A stretch of DNA of 64,000 nt. Origin: Raillietiella orientalis. Taxonomy: Eukaryota. Below are positions 50,401 to 62,400 of the stretch, one piece after another (position 1 is the stretch's first letter; each line of letters starts with the position of its first letter). Location: NCBI GenBank assembly GCA_036172245.1, contig JAYWIR010000025.1, positions 2,604,001 through 2,668,000 on the forward strand. Reading direction: 5' to 3'. The notes under the pieces are model-generated. The model did no database searches. It was not told the DNA's origin and saw nothing but the letters and a program-made list of their open reading frames with translations. Position numbers and translations under genes: made by a program.

Positions 50401-53400
50401 GTCGAACGCGACCCCCCTCTGAGCGAGCGGCCGGGAAACGAGGCGTCAACTCCTGCCGCCAGGCGTGGCCCGAGGCTAAGCCGGCACGCGCGTCCCCGTC
50501 CGCGCTGCCCACGCGCTCCCCACTTGCAACAGACGGTAGTGCACGCGCGCAGCTCCTCCCCCTTCCTCCCCTCTCCCCCTTTCCCCCTCCCTAGAGAGAA
50601 GTGCCCTGGGCTCCAGGGCTGCTGCTTCCTCGCGTGACCTCGATGGACACAGCCCGCCCGCCCACGCCTCCTTCATTCCAGAGAGCAGGGGATTGAGGAG
50701 GGAAGATCCCCGCGACAGCCCTTTCCACGGCCCTCGGTAAGGCTCGACCCCCCTTCCCCGTCGTTTTCGGACTCTCCAGACGGTTCCGTCGAGGGAAGCT
50801 CTAGGGGGCGCCCTTGGTGCCTCTTCGTCCCCAAGAGGGAGGAAAAAGGATGGTGCGAAGGTCGCGGAAAGGGTGTGAGGCGGGAGCAAAGGTCGCGCCC
50901 GTCTGCCTTTGAAGGCAGCTGGTGGACGTCCAGGGTTAGCCTCAGGTCGAGGGACGAGCGAGGGAGAAAGCTGTGCCCGAGCGTCGCCGGAGGGCACCCG
51001 AGACTGCTCGTAGCCTGCGCCCACGACCATTGGGGAGCGCGTCCGCTTCCGGCTTCCAGACAGCCGGATGAACATCCTCCGTCCTTGTCTCTTCCTCTAC
51101 CCTCCCTCCTTTTTTCCTTCTGGCTTCCCATGCCTTATCCGGGGCCGCCGGCTGCCCTAGGCGGCGGCGGCAACACGGACCCCTTGCCATGACGATGGCC
51201 TCCCTTCGTCGGCAGCCCTCTCCGGGAGGAGCAGAAGGCCCCGACTCAGCGGGGGGGACGCCACAGGGCGCGTCCCATGCGTCCCCTCTCCGACGGTCGT
51301 TGTTTCTCCCCGCCGTCCCTTCGGGAACGTCCCGAAAGGAACTGCAGGCGGCGGCAGACGGGACGCGACGCCCCCGAGCAGCCTCCCGTTGCCCCTCCGC
51401 TCCAGAAGAGGGTGGGGGGAGGGGAGAAGAGGATCCCGAGAACTCGTGGCGACGGGGAGGCAGGGACGGGAGACGGAGCGTGCTCCCTTAGGAGGAAAGG
51501 CCATCTCCTTGCTCCCTCCTGGTCGTCTCCCGGGGTCTCCGAAGTGGGGAGACGGAGCGACATCTGCCGCGCGCGGGCGGCGTCGATGAATCACGGAGGA
51601 CGAGGAGGGGGAAGGGTCGGCATGGAAACCGGGCGGGGAGGACGTTGCCGGTGCGTTTTTTATGGTGGCAGACGGACGCGCCTTCTGTCGCCCCTCCGAG
51701 GTGCAGATGGCGGCCGGCCGGCGGCACCTGCCCAGGGCCTTTTCTCCTCCTCCTCCCCCGCCTGCGGACACGTCCTGGCTCCTCCTTCCCGCTTCTCCCG
51801 TGCCAGGCCGCCCGCGAACGCAAGGGGGAGGTGGCGGGTGGCAGTCCCTCCCCTCCTCCTCCTCCTCCTCCTCCTCCTTCGCCTCCTGCTCTCCTTCCGA
51901 AGAGGGACGCCCGCTCGGCCCTGCCTCCTGGAAACGTGGAGACGATCGACCGGGAGCCGGGAAAGGAAAGGAGAAGGGAGCGAGCGAATCCCGCGAAAGC
52001 GATCCCGGGAGCGGACCGCGGAGAGGCGGCTTCCCCAGGGACGGACCTCGCGGTTCCGGAGGAGCGGCTCCGATGAAAGGGGAGCGGGACGCTTCCAGGA
52101 GGCCATTAGCCGCCAGCCAATACGAAGCCTCCGCGGAGGCGCCATCTATCAACCCCGGGACGGGGAGCGGTCAGCGCCGCCACCGCGCCGAGCCCCGAAT
52201 GCGCTCTCTCCGGGGAGGGGGAGAAGGACGGGAGAGGGGACCCGCGTCCCCCCTCCCTCTTTTTTCTTCCCGAGGTCTCCCCCCGCGGGATAGGGAGAGG
52301 AAAGCTGGCGGCGCCGCCGCTTCTGGAGGGACTCTCCTTAATCAGGAGCGATGGCCCTAGCGGGTCGTGCGCGAACGCCGCTTCCTCCCCAGGGATCAGT
52401 GGGGGCGGGGGGGAGGGAAAGGACCGGGAAGAAGGAGGAAGGGAAGGGGGGATGAGGCGCGCGAGGCTACTGCCGGCGCTTTCGCAGCAACCGGGAGAAG
52501 CGTGAACGAGGCCATCGAAGGAAAAGGGGGGAAGGGGGAGGCAAGTCCCGATGGAGGAGAGAGGGGACTCAGGAGGACAGGAGCAAGAGGGCGGCCAGAC
52601 CGGGAAGAAGGAACCGGTTCCACCTTCATCCCGGCCGCAGGGCGCGCCCGACCCCCCCCATCAACCACCCCTTTCGTCCCGCCGCTCCCTTCACGAGACC
52701 GGGATGGTGGTCACTCTTGGAGGGAGTCAGTGGGTCGACAAGGAAAGAGCACCTCCTTCCCCTCCACCTCGCTCGTCCCTGGATTCTCCGAGGGGGGATT
52801 AGGAGGATTCGAGCTTGTCCTCCCCTTCCCTTCTTCTTGTCCCACGGAGTTCACGGTCCCGAGGAGAGGAAAGTGGGAGCGAACCGGACACCTCAGGTTC
52901 GTCCTGCCCAACCTCCAGCCTGCCGATCGATGAACCGACCGTCGGTGCTGGAGGCAGCCCCCTGCTGCGGGCCACCACCGCCGATGCTCTTTCGACGGAG
53001 GGTCCCGGTCACGTGATGCGTGGGGGCGGCACATCTCCCGCAGTGTTCGGCAAAGGAGTGGGGAGGAAGCCGACGGACGTCCCGAACCCGACGACTGACG
53101 AGCCGGGGATCCCCCGCGGGCAGCCCCTGCGAGCGCCCATGTCAGCTCCTCTCCGACCACCGGACCGGAGGGCGTTCCAGGGGCGCCGCCGCTCCTACGA
53201 CCTTGGAACCGCTCCTCGTCGGCGGAAAGGGAGCATCTTCCCCGGCATCCTGAAGGTCGCGGAAGCCCGCGCCGCCGCGGCTGAGGTCGGAGAGGATCGC
53301 AAGAGGGAGGGGGAGGAAAGGAAGAAGGGAGCAAGGAAGAGATGGAGAAGGAAGATGAGTAGGTCCCTCCTCTGCCTGTCGACCACGCCTCTGCTCTCGT

Positions 53401-55329
53401 CCCTTGGGCGATCGGGCGCGCGCTCTCCTGGTCCCTGGCCTCAGCGTCACCAGCAGAGACCCCGCAAGCGCCGCATGGCCGCCTCTGAGCTACTCAAGAC
53501 TTCTGCCACCATAGCAGCAGGAAGAAGCGGTGCAGACCGCTTCTCTCACGCGTTCTCTGCCGGCGGAAGGAAGCTCCTCCGCGTGAGGAGGCACCCCTGC
53601 AGGAAAGCCCATGGATCCGGCTAGCCACTTCGGAAAGGTCGGCTGTGTCGTAGCCGAGGTCGCCCTTTTAGACCCCGCATGCCCTGCGAGTGTCTTCGAT
53701 GGCACTCGTCCCCTCTTCTTCGATCCCTCTTCTCTTCCTCCTCTTCTCCTCTTCCTCTCTCGTCCTCCCCCTCCTCGTCTCGTCTACCTCCCTCGTTCTC
53801 TTCATCGCCACCCTTCTCGCGTTCTCCTCCTGCCTTTGTCGTAGCCACGCAGGTGTCATGTGACCCTTCCCGCTTCTGCGTGCCCTTCGGAGGGCAGTTC
53901 CCAAGTGAACGGGTGCCCACCAAGTCACTCGACATCATCGCCTTGGACGCCTCCTCCTCCTCCCCCTTGGTCCCGTCCGGCGGAGTCTCGGAACCCTCCA
54001 TCGTCCGGAGTGGATCCGGGAGCTCAAGTTCTGGCCCCGAGTCCCGACCCCTTCTCCTCGATACTCATTCCATTTCCCACTGGAGGCGGGAGGTCTTCCT
54101 TCCGGGGCGCGCCCCTCTATCCTCCGCGCGATTCCCGGAGACCAGGGGCGACCCGATAAGAACCCTCCTTCCTGTCCCGGGACGAAGAGGGGCAGCTCGT
54201 CCCCTGGGTTCCGGTAGCCTCCCTCAGGCTGAAGGTCACCGGGAGCAGACTCACCAGGGATACCCTCGGAGGGTTGCCCGCGGCAGAGCAGGGCAGCCAC
54301 GTTCCGACAGTTCCTCCTCCCATGAACAGCCGGTGCCCCGGCGTCTGCGCGCTACCGGCAATGGCGGAGTGCGGAGGTGGGCGGAGGACCGGGGGGGGGG
54401 GGCAGCTCGCAGCAACCACGCTAGGGGCTCCTTCTGATTCTTCGCGCCTTCCCTGTTAGAAATGAGGGAAGGCTCTGGAAGAGGGCTCTGGCGGAAGAGC
54501 AGGGAGGGGCGACCCCGCGAGCCCGCCCTGGGGCTGAGCTGGATCGGGCAAAGGTGGTGCCCCTCGCCCCGGTTCTCGGGCGAGACAACACCATGAAAGG
54601 GAGGGGGGAAGGGAACGGCTGCGGTGTTCCCTTCTGGGCAGGTCGCTGCTGACGACCTCCCGACCGACGACAGCTGCTCGGCCCTCGTCTTCCACGGTAC
54701 CGTGCCAGGAGGGAAGCAAGAGAGGTCCCTCGCAATTCGATCCCTCGGGGAAAAAGGAAGGCCGCCCTCCTTCCCCGGAGGCAGGAGAGGTCTGTGGAAG
54801 ACGCGGGGGGAAAAGCGAGGAAGACCGAACATCCGCCCTCCGGGAAGGCGGCACCTCCCTTCCGGTGTCCTCCTCCCTTCCAGAGTGGCTCAGTCCTCAG
54901 GGGGCGGGGATGGAAAGAAAAGGGGTAGGAGTAGGGGCTCTCTGTAGGAGGGGATTCAGGCCCTCAACTCTTCTTCTCCTCTCTCTCCTTACCACCTACC
55001 CCACAGAACAGCTGCCCCCTGAGAGATCGGCAAAGTGCGCTGGTCCAGGAAAGAAAGGAGGGGGAGGAATAGTAAAGCGCTTCTGGGACGCGGGTCGCTC
55101 CCTGAGGACTCTCCGGAGGCGAGTTTCCATGGCAACGAATGCAGCGAGAGAGAGACAGAGATGAAGGCGGGGGGTTCCGGCGAGGCTGCGCTGCCCAGGG
55201 GTGGGGTGATTAGAGGAGAGCCGCCCCACACCTCTACTCGCGCGCGCGTACGCGCGCCACCACGAGCACCGCTGTCTCGCACACACTGCAGCAGCACCTG
55301 TATTTTCCTCCCTCCCCCCCCACTCTCCC

Positions 55330-55957
55330 CTATCTCCAGTAGTAGGGGGAGAGGCCGCTGACAGCGGCGGCAGCGGCGGCGGCGGCGGCCGTCGCTGTGC
55401 CAGGGGGCACGTCCGCGGCCGAGGCGGCGGGGTCGCTCCTCCCGGAAGCGGCGGCGGCGTCCTGGTAGAGGATTGGGACGCGCACGAGCCTCTGGGCTGC
55501 GCGCGCCATGTTGGCGGCCTCCAGCTCCGCAGTCAGCTGCCTCTTCCACTTGTTGCGGCGGTTCTGGAACCAGATCTTGACCTGGGTCTCGGTCAGATGC
55601 AGCGAGGCCGCCAGGCCCGCCCGCTCCGAGCTGGACAGGTAGCGCTTGAGGTCGAAGGTCGACTCCAGCTGGAACACCTGGCTGCGCGAGAACACCGTCC
55701 GCGTCTTCTTCTTGCGCAGAGCGCAGGGGCCGGCCCCGGCCCCCGCCTTCGCCAGGTCCTTCTCTTCCGGGGCTGCGCCGTCGCGGGAGCAGGCGGTGCC
55801 CAGGGGGGGGAGGGAGGGTCCGCGCGCTCCGTCCGGGAGGGGGCAGGCGCTCCGCAGGCCCGCCGGGGGGGAGGGTAGGAGCGGGCCCGACAGGATCCGC
55901 CGGTGCTGCGTCCGCAGGAACCGGCTGGAGGGGTCGCCGACGGCATCCGGGACGCGG

Positions 55958-55989
<32 letters not shown>

Positions 55990-56021
55990 TTGCTCCCGGA
56001 GGAGGAAGTCCGCCGCGGCAT
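55330..56021 (-). CDS. Hmx: Hmx (NK5/H6-family) homeobox protein, coding exon 2 with the homeodomain (55534-55713)
   Basis: [60 protein letters not shown] followed by the Hmx-specific ELEAAN and RLVRVPILY motifs. Acceptor cctgtccttccag|AT at 56022/56021. Stop TAG at 55332-55330. Confidence 0.96.
55960..55992 (-). repeat. Coding (CAA)2(CAG)9 repeat, Q11 in Hmx
   Basis: In the exon-2 reading frame: ...FLLRE-Q11-HRVP. Confidence 0.85.
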
Positions 56022-57645
56022 CTGGAAGGACAGGAGATCGAGAGAGGCCCCTAGGAGGCGTGCCCCAGGCTCCGGCCCGCGGAGGTTAAACCCTCCCAGA
56101 ACCGTGGGGTTCGTCTGCAACTGCAGCACTGGCAATGACCTGCCCTTCGTGATTCGATCGCGCTGACCTCTGCAGAAGCCCCGCAGGACATCAGTCAGGC
56201 CCACGGGCGTTCCCTGTCCCTGGTATCGCTCCCCCCTCCCCCGAGCTCCTTGACCTCGCTCCGTCGAAGAGTCAACGCGATCGATGGGAAGTTCCTCCCC
56301 CTCCTCCCTTCTCCCGCTCCTTCCGCTCCGGGTGCGGAAGTTCCCCTCTGGATGCAGGCGGAGGGCACAGAGGGGTCGCCCGATGGGGTGGGGGAGGAAG
56401 ACTGGAGCGCCGGGGCCAGGTCTCCCCCTCAACCTGACCTCTCCGACTCCCTGGCCTCTCTCCTGACGACCCCTAAGTGAACCTCCTGGGCGAGGATACC
56501 ACGGACTCCGCGCCCGAAGGGAGGCGCGGAACAAATGGGGGTGGACCGGGGGATGGAGACTCAGAGAACCCTCGCGAGTCTCTTCGAGGAGCCCTCCATT
56601 TCCAGGGTGCTCCGCGGGGTGCTGGAGACTGCGTCGGGTCTTCCTGGAGGCGCGTCAGAAAAGTTGCCCCCTCCAAGACCTTCGAAGGACACTCTCCCAG
56701 GAGGAAGGGGCGCGTGCCCCGTGGTCACCCCCAAGGACCCCAGGCCATCACAGAAACGCCTCCTTCCGCTTCCGAAAAGGGCAGGCGAGCTGACCGCATC
56801 GCGTCCCGGGGAAAGGTCCGTGGAAGTCCTCGACCTTGGGGTCGATCCCGGGGTCCCTTGGGGCGATCCGGAAGATCTGCACCGTCCCTCTCTCGCGAGA
56901 CAGCCTCCCGGGACACCCGGTGCTTTCGTCGCGGGAACGTCTGGGATACACGAGAGACCCTGCAGGGGAGGCGCGCGTCAGCCCTCCCTGCCTCCTTCCC
57001 CGGCCGGGAGCTTCCAGGACCCGTGGGGGCACGTCCTTCCGGGATTCCCCCAGGTGACCGCACGTGCCACCCCCCGGGACGAGAACGTCTCTCCCCCCTC
57101 GTGACGGAAGAAGAGGGTGGACATCACCTCCCACTGCCCCACCGGAGCATCTTCGGTGCCTTCTTGGGGGCAGGACGCCTTTCGAGGGATCCCCTGAGGG
57201 GGGGATCGGCAGGGTTGACGGAAGGGAGGAGGCTGACCCACCCCCGGAGAAGTGTCCCTTCGGGAAGGCAAGGAGAGGAGGTTTCGGTGATCTGCCTCTT
57301 ATAGACCCGAAGAAGGCTGACATGGGGAGGCGTCCGGGGGGGGAACGCCACGTGGGCAGGAGGTGGGGGGCTCCCCAACGTCTTCGTCGCAGAATGTGAG
57401 AATCCGCTCTCTCGGGCCACGACCGACCGGGCAGGAAGGGAGACAGACCCCTCCTCCCCATTCCCCCTTCGAAGCAACGTAGGTGGAAAAGGTCCCTCCC
57501 ACTTCCCCCTGCTCCCCCCGGGGAGGGCGAACGGATGGGGAGGAAGGATCCCCTCAAGTGTGGAGGTGAGTGGAGGACGGAGGATTGCCTCCCCCCGGGA
57601 GAAGGGTCGCTTCCGTCCCCCTTCCCTTCCCCCCCTCTCACTCAC
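56022..57645 (-). other. Hmx: Hmx intron (1624 bp, phase 1, GT-AG)
   Basis: Donor C|GTGAGT at 57646/57645 and a polypyrimidine-CAG acceptor. Phases match, giving CAT (His) across the junction. Confidence 0.82.
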
Positions 57646-58207
57646 GCGCTTTCTCGTCCTCGATCTTCCTCATCGTTGCCAGCAGGGGGTCCAGCTGGGG
57701 CCACGGAAACCAGGACAGGTACTTGGAGGGGGTCATTTCCGGGTAGAGGGACACGAGGGGGTACCGGGAAAGCAGACTGTTCACCCAGTTTGCCTGCGGG
57801 GTAGGTGATCCGTTCTTGCGGACGGAGCCAACGGCCACGCCCCCCGAGGGGGAGGAAGGGGGTGCGCGGTCCCTGTGCAAGGGCGGTGGCGGCGTCGGAG
57901 GCGTCGGTGGCTCCCTGCTGAGGATGCTGCGGATGGTGAAGGACTTCGGGGCGCGATGGGGGGGGTGGAGGCGGTGCGCTGAGGGAGCCAAGGAAGGGCC
58001 GTTCTTGGCCCCGGGCTTGTCGCCGCCGCCGCTCTCTCCGGAGTCGCTGCTGCTGCCGCCGCCGCCGCTGCTGCTCCGGGCGCGGTCGCCGCCGCCGCTG
58101 CTGCTGCTGCTGCTGCCACCGCTGGTGGTGGTGTTGGTGCCCGCAGCGCCGGAGGTGCGCCCAGGGGTCCCCTCTCGGGGAGACGCTCCGGGGCCTTCCT
58201 TGGACAT
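57646..58207 (-). CDS. Hmx: Hmx coding exon 1 (Ser/Gly-rich N-terminus, eh1 repression motif, WFPW motif)
   Basis: ATG at 58207 (MSKEG...). eh1/Groucho-binding motif SFTIRSIL (57920-57943). LSWFPWP resembles the Hmx WYP motif. Ends at a consensus donor in phase with exon 2. An upstream in-frame ATG at 58699 exists but lies 5' of the candidate promoter. Confidence 0.85.
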
Positions 58208-58354
58208 GCTTCGTCCCGGAGCCGCGCGCGAGGGCGCATCAGACGCGGGGGAGGAGGCGGAAGGGGGCGGCTGCTGCTGCTGCTGGCGAGCCCGTCGGTC
58301 GTGCGTGGCCCCGCGCGGGCGCGGAAGGGATACCTCCGGGACCGGCACGCGCGG

Positions 58355-58442
58355 TGCAACTGCCGCGGGAGGAGGACGGGAGGCCGCACGGCGCGCCCAG
58401 GGAAGCGCGGCGGCGGCGGCGGAACACAGCGTTGATTGGCTG
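58355..58442 (-). promoter_or_regulatory. Candidate Hmx core promoter: CCAAT box and Inr-like element
   Basis: CAGCCAATCA (NF-Y consensus) at 58442-58433, about 75 bp upstream of an Inr-like GCAGTT at about 58361, which lies about 150 bp before the ATG. Confidence 0.5.
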
Positions 58443-61329
58443 CCCGGAGCGCGCCGGCGGACGGGAGAGGAGGCAGCCGGGCGAACGCGCCGGGGCCACG
58501 CGCGTCCCGGAACGAGACTCCGCCCACTGCCGCAGCGGAGGGAAGGGAGAGGAGAGGCCGGCTGCGTCCCGAGATCCGCCTGCCGCCTCCTATGGCGACC
58601 GTGAGAGAGGAGCGCGTGCGGAGGAGGCGGAGAGAAGGGCGAACGCGTTCTCGGGATCTCCGCCGTCCCCGCCAGACCCGTGTGGTGCTGCCCCCTCATT
58701 CCTCCCACGAACAGTTTCAGAGTCCAGGAGGCGGCCACCGTGATACCTCCAGGAAGGAAGGGAGGGTGGCAGGAAGAGAGGAAACAACGACGCGTCTTCT
58801 CCTCTTTCTCTTCCCTACCTCCTTGCCTCCCTTCTTATCATCATCATCGCCACGCGTGCATCCTTGAAAAGTTCGAGTCCACCTCCCATGCGGTCCTTCC
58901 TGGGGGAAAAGGAAGGGTGTTGCCCAGGCAGCGGGCTCCCTTGCTCCTCGTAGCCTGCTGCAGGCTCCAAGGAGCAGTGCACCTCCCCATCCCCGCACTC
59001 ACCACCCTCTTCCGTCAGAGGGAAGGATCGACTTCGTGCCGGACGTCAGCGGGAGCGGCGCGTCGGAAGGGCAGGACTCCGCGGCCCTTCGGGTGCTGGC
59101 GGGAGGGACGGGGCTGTCTTAGGGGCATGACCGAGGACCAACGTGGCTACCTTCCGGACGGCCCTCGGGAGGAGGCGGACGCTCGCTTCGCCGAGCAAGG
59201 AGCGACGCGAAAGGAAGGGGGGGGGGGGAAGAATGACGGGTGGGGATTGGGAAGAGGCTTCGCGTGTTCCCCCTTCCTCCTGCCCCTCGTCTGGGCGCCC
59301 CTCCCGCCTATGCGAGCGGAGAGGGAAAGCAGGGCTACTCGCCCTCCCCTCCCGAGCAGCCACGGAGGGACTCTCCGGGAAGTCTCCTTCCCAGTCGTCG
59401 TTGCCGCCGTGGCCTCCCGAGAACGCGTGGGCGGGAGCGCGAGCTATCCCGGAAGGAGTGTCGAGGAACGCAGCTGAGGCGGCTTCCGCTTCCTTGCCGA
59501 GTCTGTTTCCCGTTGCCGGGGCGGCACCATCCCGTCGAGGTCGGGGCACATGGGAACGGCGCGCTACGGGAGCGTCCCGCCCGATGCCATAGGCCAGAAG
59601 AAACCTGCAGGTGCCTTCCCCCCCACCTCCCGCTCGCTCCCGGTTCGCACTATGCTCCTCCGGAGGGAGTGGAGGGGATGGGAGGAAGCAGAGCGGAGCA
59701 CCTCTCGCCTACTGATCGACGCCGGGAGCGTCCCGTCCACCAGGACTTCACCTCCGGGAAGAGAGGACCTGGGGCGAGCAGCGCAGCGTTGCCGTGGCAG
59801 CAGCATCCCTCTTTTCCTTGTCGGGCCAGGAGGAGCGGGTGGCTGAGAAGGGCGGCACGCTGCCAGGGGAGGAGACTCTTCCCTGGGGCTCGTCTCCTCT
59901 TCCCGGGTGTTTCTTCCTCCTTCCGGGCATCCCTAGAGGCTCCGCTTGCCTCCTCCGCTTCCCCCGAAAGAGAGGAACGGGATGGAGGGGCCGGCGTTTC
60001 CCTCTCCCGTCGTCGCTCCGCTCTGTTGGTTCCTTGAGGAACGGTCCTTTTTCTCGCCCCGGACGGGACTCGGCCCTCGGAAACTCCGCCTCTCGGTTCC
60101 CTCTCCACCCCCGCTGGCCACTCGGAAGCCCCCCGGATCTCCGGAGGCTCCTCGGAGAGGATGCCTAGGGCTCCTCCCAGGAAGCAGGCGCTCCCTTCCT
60201 CTCCCTTTCCCCCTCGACCCTCCCTCGAAGGGCACCTCCAGCCGGAGAAGGTCGGTCGGGAAAAGGGAGACACCAGCCATCGCTCCCGTTCCCAGGGAGC
60301 TCCGAGATGCCCTGCCTGCGCTCACCGGAAGGACGGCTGCAGAGCCACAGGCGCCACCACTGCTTCATCACTCGGCAGAACAACGGAAGGCCCTCACACC
60401 TCCTTCTCTCCCCCCCTCCCCTCCCTCCCCGGAACTCATCCGGAGGCGAGGGCTGGCGCCGCAGTCTCTCAAGAAGCTAAGCAGCCCAAAGAATCGAAGA
60501 GCTCGCCCGGAGACACCCCCAGGCACTCGTCAATCCCCGGAACGAACCCCCACACTCCCCGGAGACTCCTTTGCCAGGGCCCACCCGTCTGGCTGCACTC
60601 AGCGGAAACGCGAGCGCTTGCGGCATCACCTGCAGCGCACCCTGGAGGGGGGTCAGGTCAAGGGTCGAGCCTCAATCGCACCGGCTGATGATCCCGGCCG
60701 TTCCTGAGGAACACGAGCAGCGAGGGAGGGGAGACCGCGAACCTCCCTTCCCCCTTTTTCTCCCCCAAGGCACACCAGGAGCCGTCCCCAAGGTGCGCGC
60801 GCCCTCCCCCGAAGTCCCGCTCTTCTCCGAGTGAGAAAGGACGCGCGGGCCGTCCCGCGTGCACCCGGCGCGCGCGCGTTTGCTGCCGGGAGCGGGCGGG
60901 GAGGGCAACCTGCAAACCGCCGAAAGTCCCATGGGGTACGCTCTCTCGGCCGCTCTGGAGGGGCGAGAACGGCGCCAGATCGTCCGGAAGCGCTGACAGC
61001 CCCGACCACCACGAAAGAAAAGAATTTGCTTCTCGAGGACGCTTTTCGGCCTTCCAAGAGGCAGGGGAAGCGGGTCGTCTCGGGATGCGCTGGCAGGCTG
61101 GCGGCAGCCGCATCCCAGCAAAGCGCCTTCTCCTCTCCGCGTGCAATGGGAAAGGAACGACTGGAACCTCCCTCTGTTCCTTTGCATCTTCGTTTCCTTT
61201 TCTGCTTCCTTCTTCCTTCCTGTGGTTGTTTCTTTGTTCGTCTGTTTGTTTGTTCCACTATCTTCCTGCTTCTCTTTGTTCTTTGAATGTTGTTCGTTTG
61301 TCTCCCCTCCCTGGTTGTTTACTTCTCTC

Positions 61330-62400
61330 TTTTGTTTCCTCCTCTGCTTCCTTCTTCCGGAGCGTCTCCAGGACTTCTGGGCCTTCGCCTGGAACATGGA
61401 GAGACTCCCTTGATGGTGCTCCCTCCCTCCTCGTTCGGAGGGACGAAGGTGATTGCGGCTGACGACCAGCTGCCGAGCACGGAATCCTCATTGAGTCGGG
61501 CCTTTCCCTCATGAATCATCCCGGATTCGGTTGCCTGGGGAACGCAAGAGGAGCGTCCCAGCCCCCTCTCGGAAGGAACGCCGAGATGCACCGGAAGGGA
61601 AAATTCCTCTTCCGCATTTCGGGTACTCCCCGGGAAGGCCCGGGGAAATCGGGAGCGGCCGCTCCTCCCGAGCGGCTGGGTCGGAGCCGTCGCGGGAGGG
61701 GGGACACCTCCAGGAACCTCTCCAGTCCGGAGGAGCAGGCATTCATCTCGAAGCCCGAACGCAGCGTCCTGGGAGGCGCCGTCCGCCGGAAGAACCATCG
61801 ATTTTGTCTTCCTAGAGAAGAATCTTCGCCAGCGTCCAGCACGCGGCAGTCTCCAGCCACCGGATTCCGAGGGCAGCGCTCCGCTGCGTCGCGCGGATTT
61901 CGCCGGGTCGGCGGCGGCAGTCCCGGGCTGCAAGTCTCCAACGAGGAAGGGAAGGGGAGACAGGGGCAACGCATCCCAACGAGCCCGCGGAGGAGGGGAC
62001 CCACCTGCGGCCCACCTGCGGAAGCACGGAGTGGGCGCACCAGACTGCCAGGGGGGGGCCAGCAAAGAGCAAGCGAGGGGGAGAGAGGCGCGTCCGCAGC
62101 CTCCCCGTCCCGTCCCTCCCCGGACGCCGCCGCTTTCCTTCTCGATAATCAATCGGGAGGGATCCGCGGCTCGCGTGATCGGGGGAAGCCGGGATTGCGC
62201 ACTGCAACGAGCGGCCGCCAGGCGTGCCGGGTGGCTCTCGCGTGCCGTCCTGCTGTTCCCGGGTGCGCGGGAGACCAGCCGCCCCTGAGCGCAGGGAACG
62301 TCTATTTCCACCAGGTATCCCTGGGGCGGGATGGACCAGAACAGCTCGCCCTCAGGGCGGGAAGTGAGGAGGAAGGAGGCGGCGGGGTCAGGCCTAGAGA
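61330..62400 (-). mobile_element. Ancient I/Jockey-type LINE RT relic
   Basis: Mostly within ORF 61319-62662: YLVEIDVPCAQGRLV (like V.LD...AFD.V), PLSPLPFLVGDL (like LSP.LF...DL), WRRFFSRKTKSMVL (like W.L.FS..KT..M.F), ERFLEV in an adjacent frame (like RFLGV), and GSWSS. Confidence 0.45.

Noticed and set aside
33600..55300. Numerous 150-340 aa ORFs on both strands
   Set aside because: Arg/Pro/Gly/Ser-rich, overlapping in all frames and without domains. Explained by scarce stop codons at about 65% GC.
55593..56534. 313-aa minus-strand ORF overlapping Hmx
   Set aside because: Alternative frame of GC-rich exon 2 plus intron. The homeodomain lies in another frame with matching splice phases.
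58208..58738. N-terminal extension of Hmx from upstream GTG/ATG codons
   Set aside because: Lies across and upstream of the candidate CCAAT box and Inr, and has no conserved motif. Probably UTR/promoter, though not excluded without transcript data.
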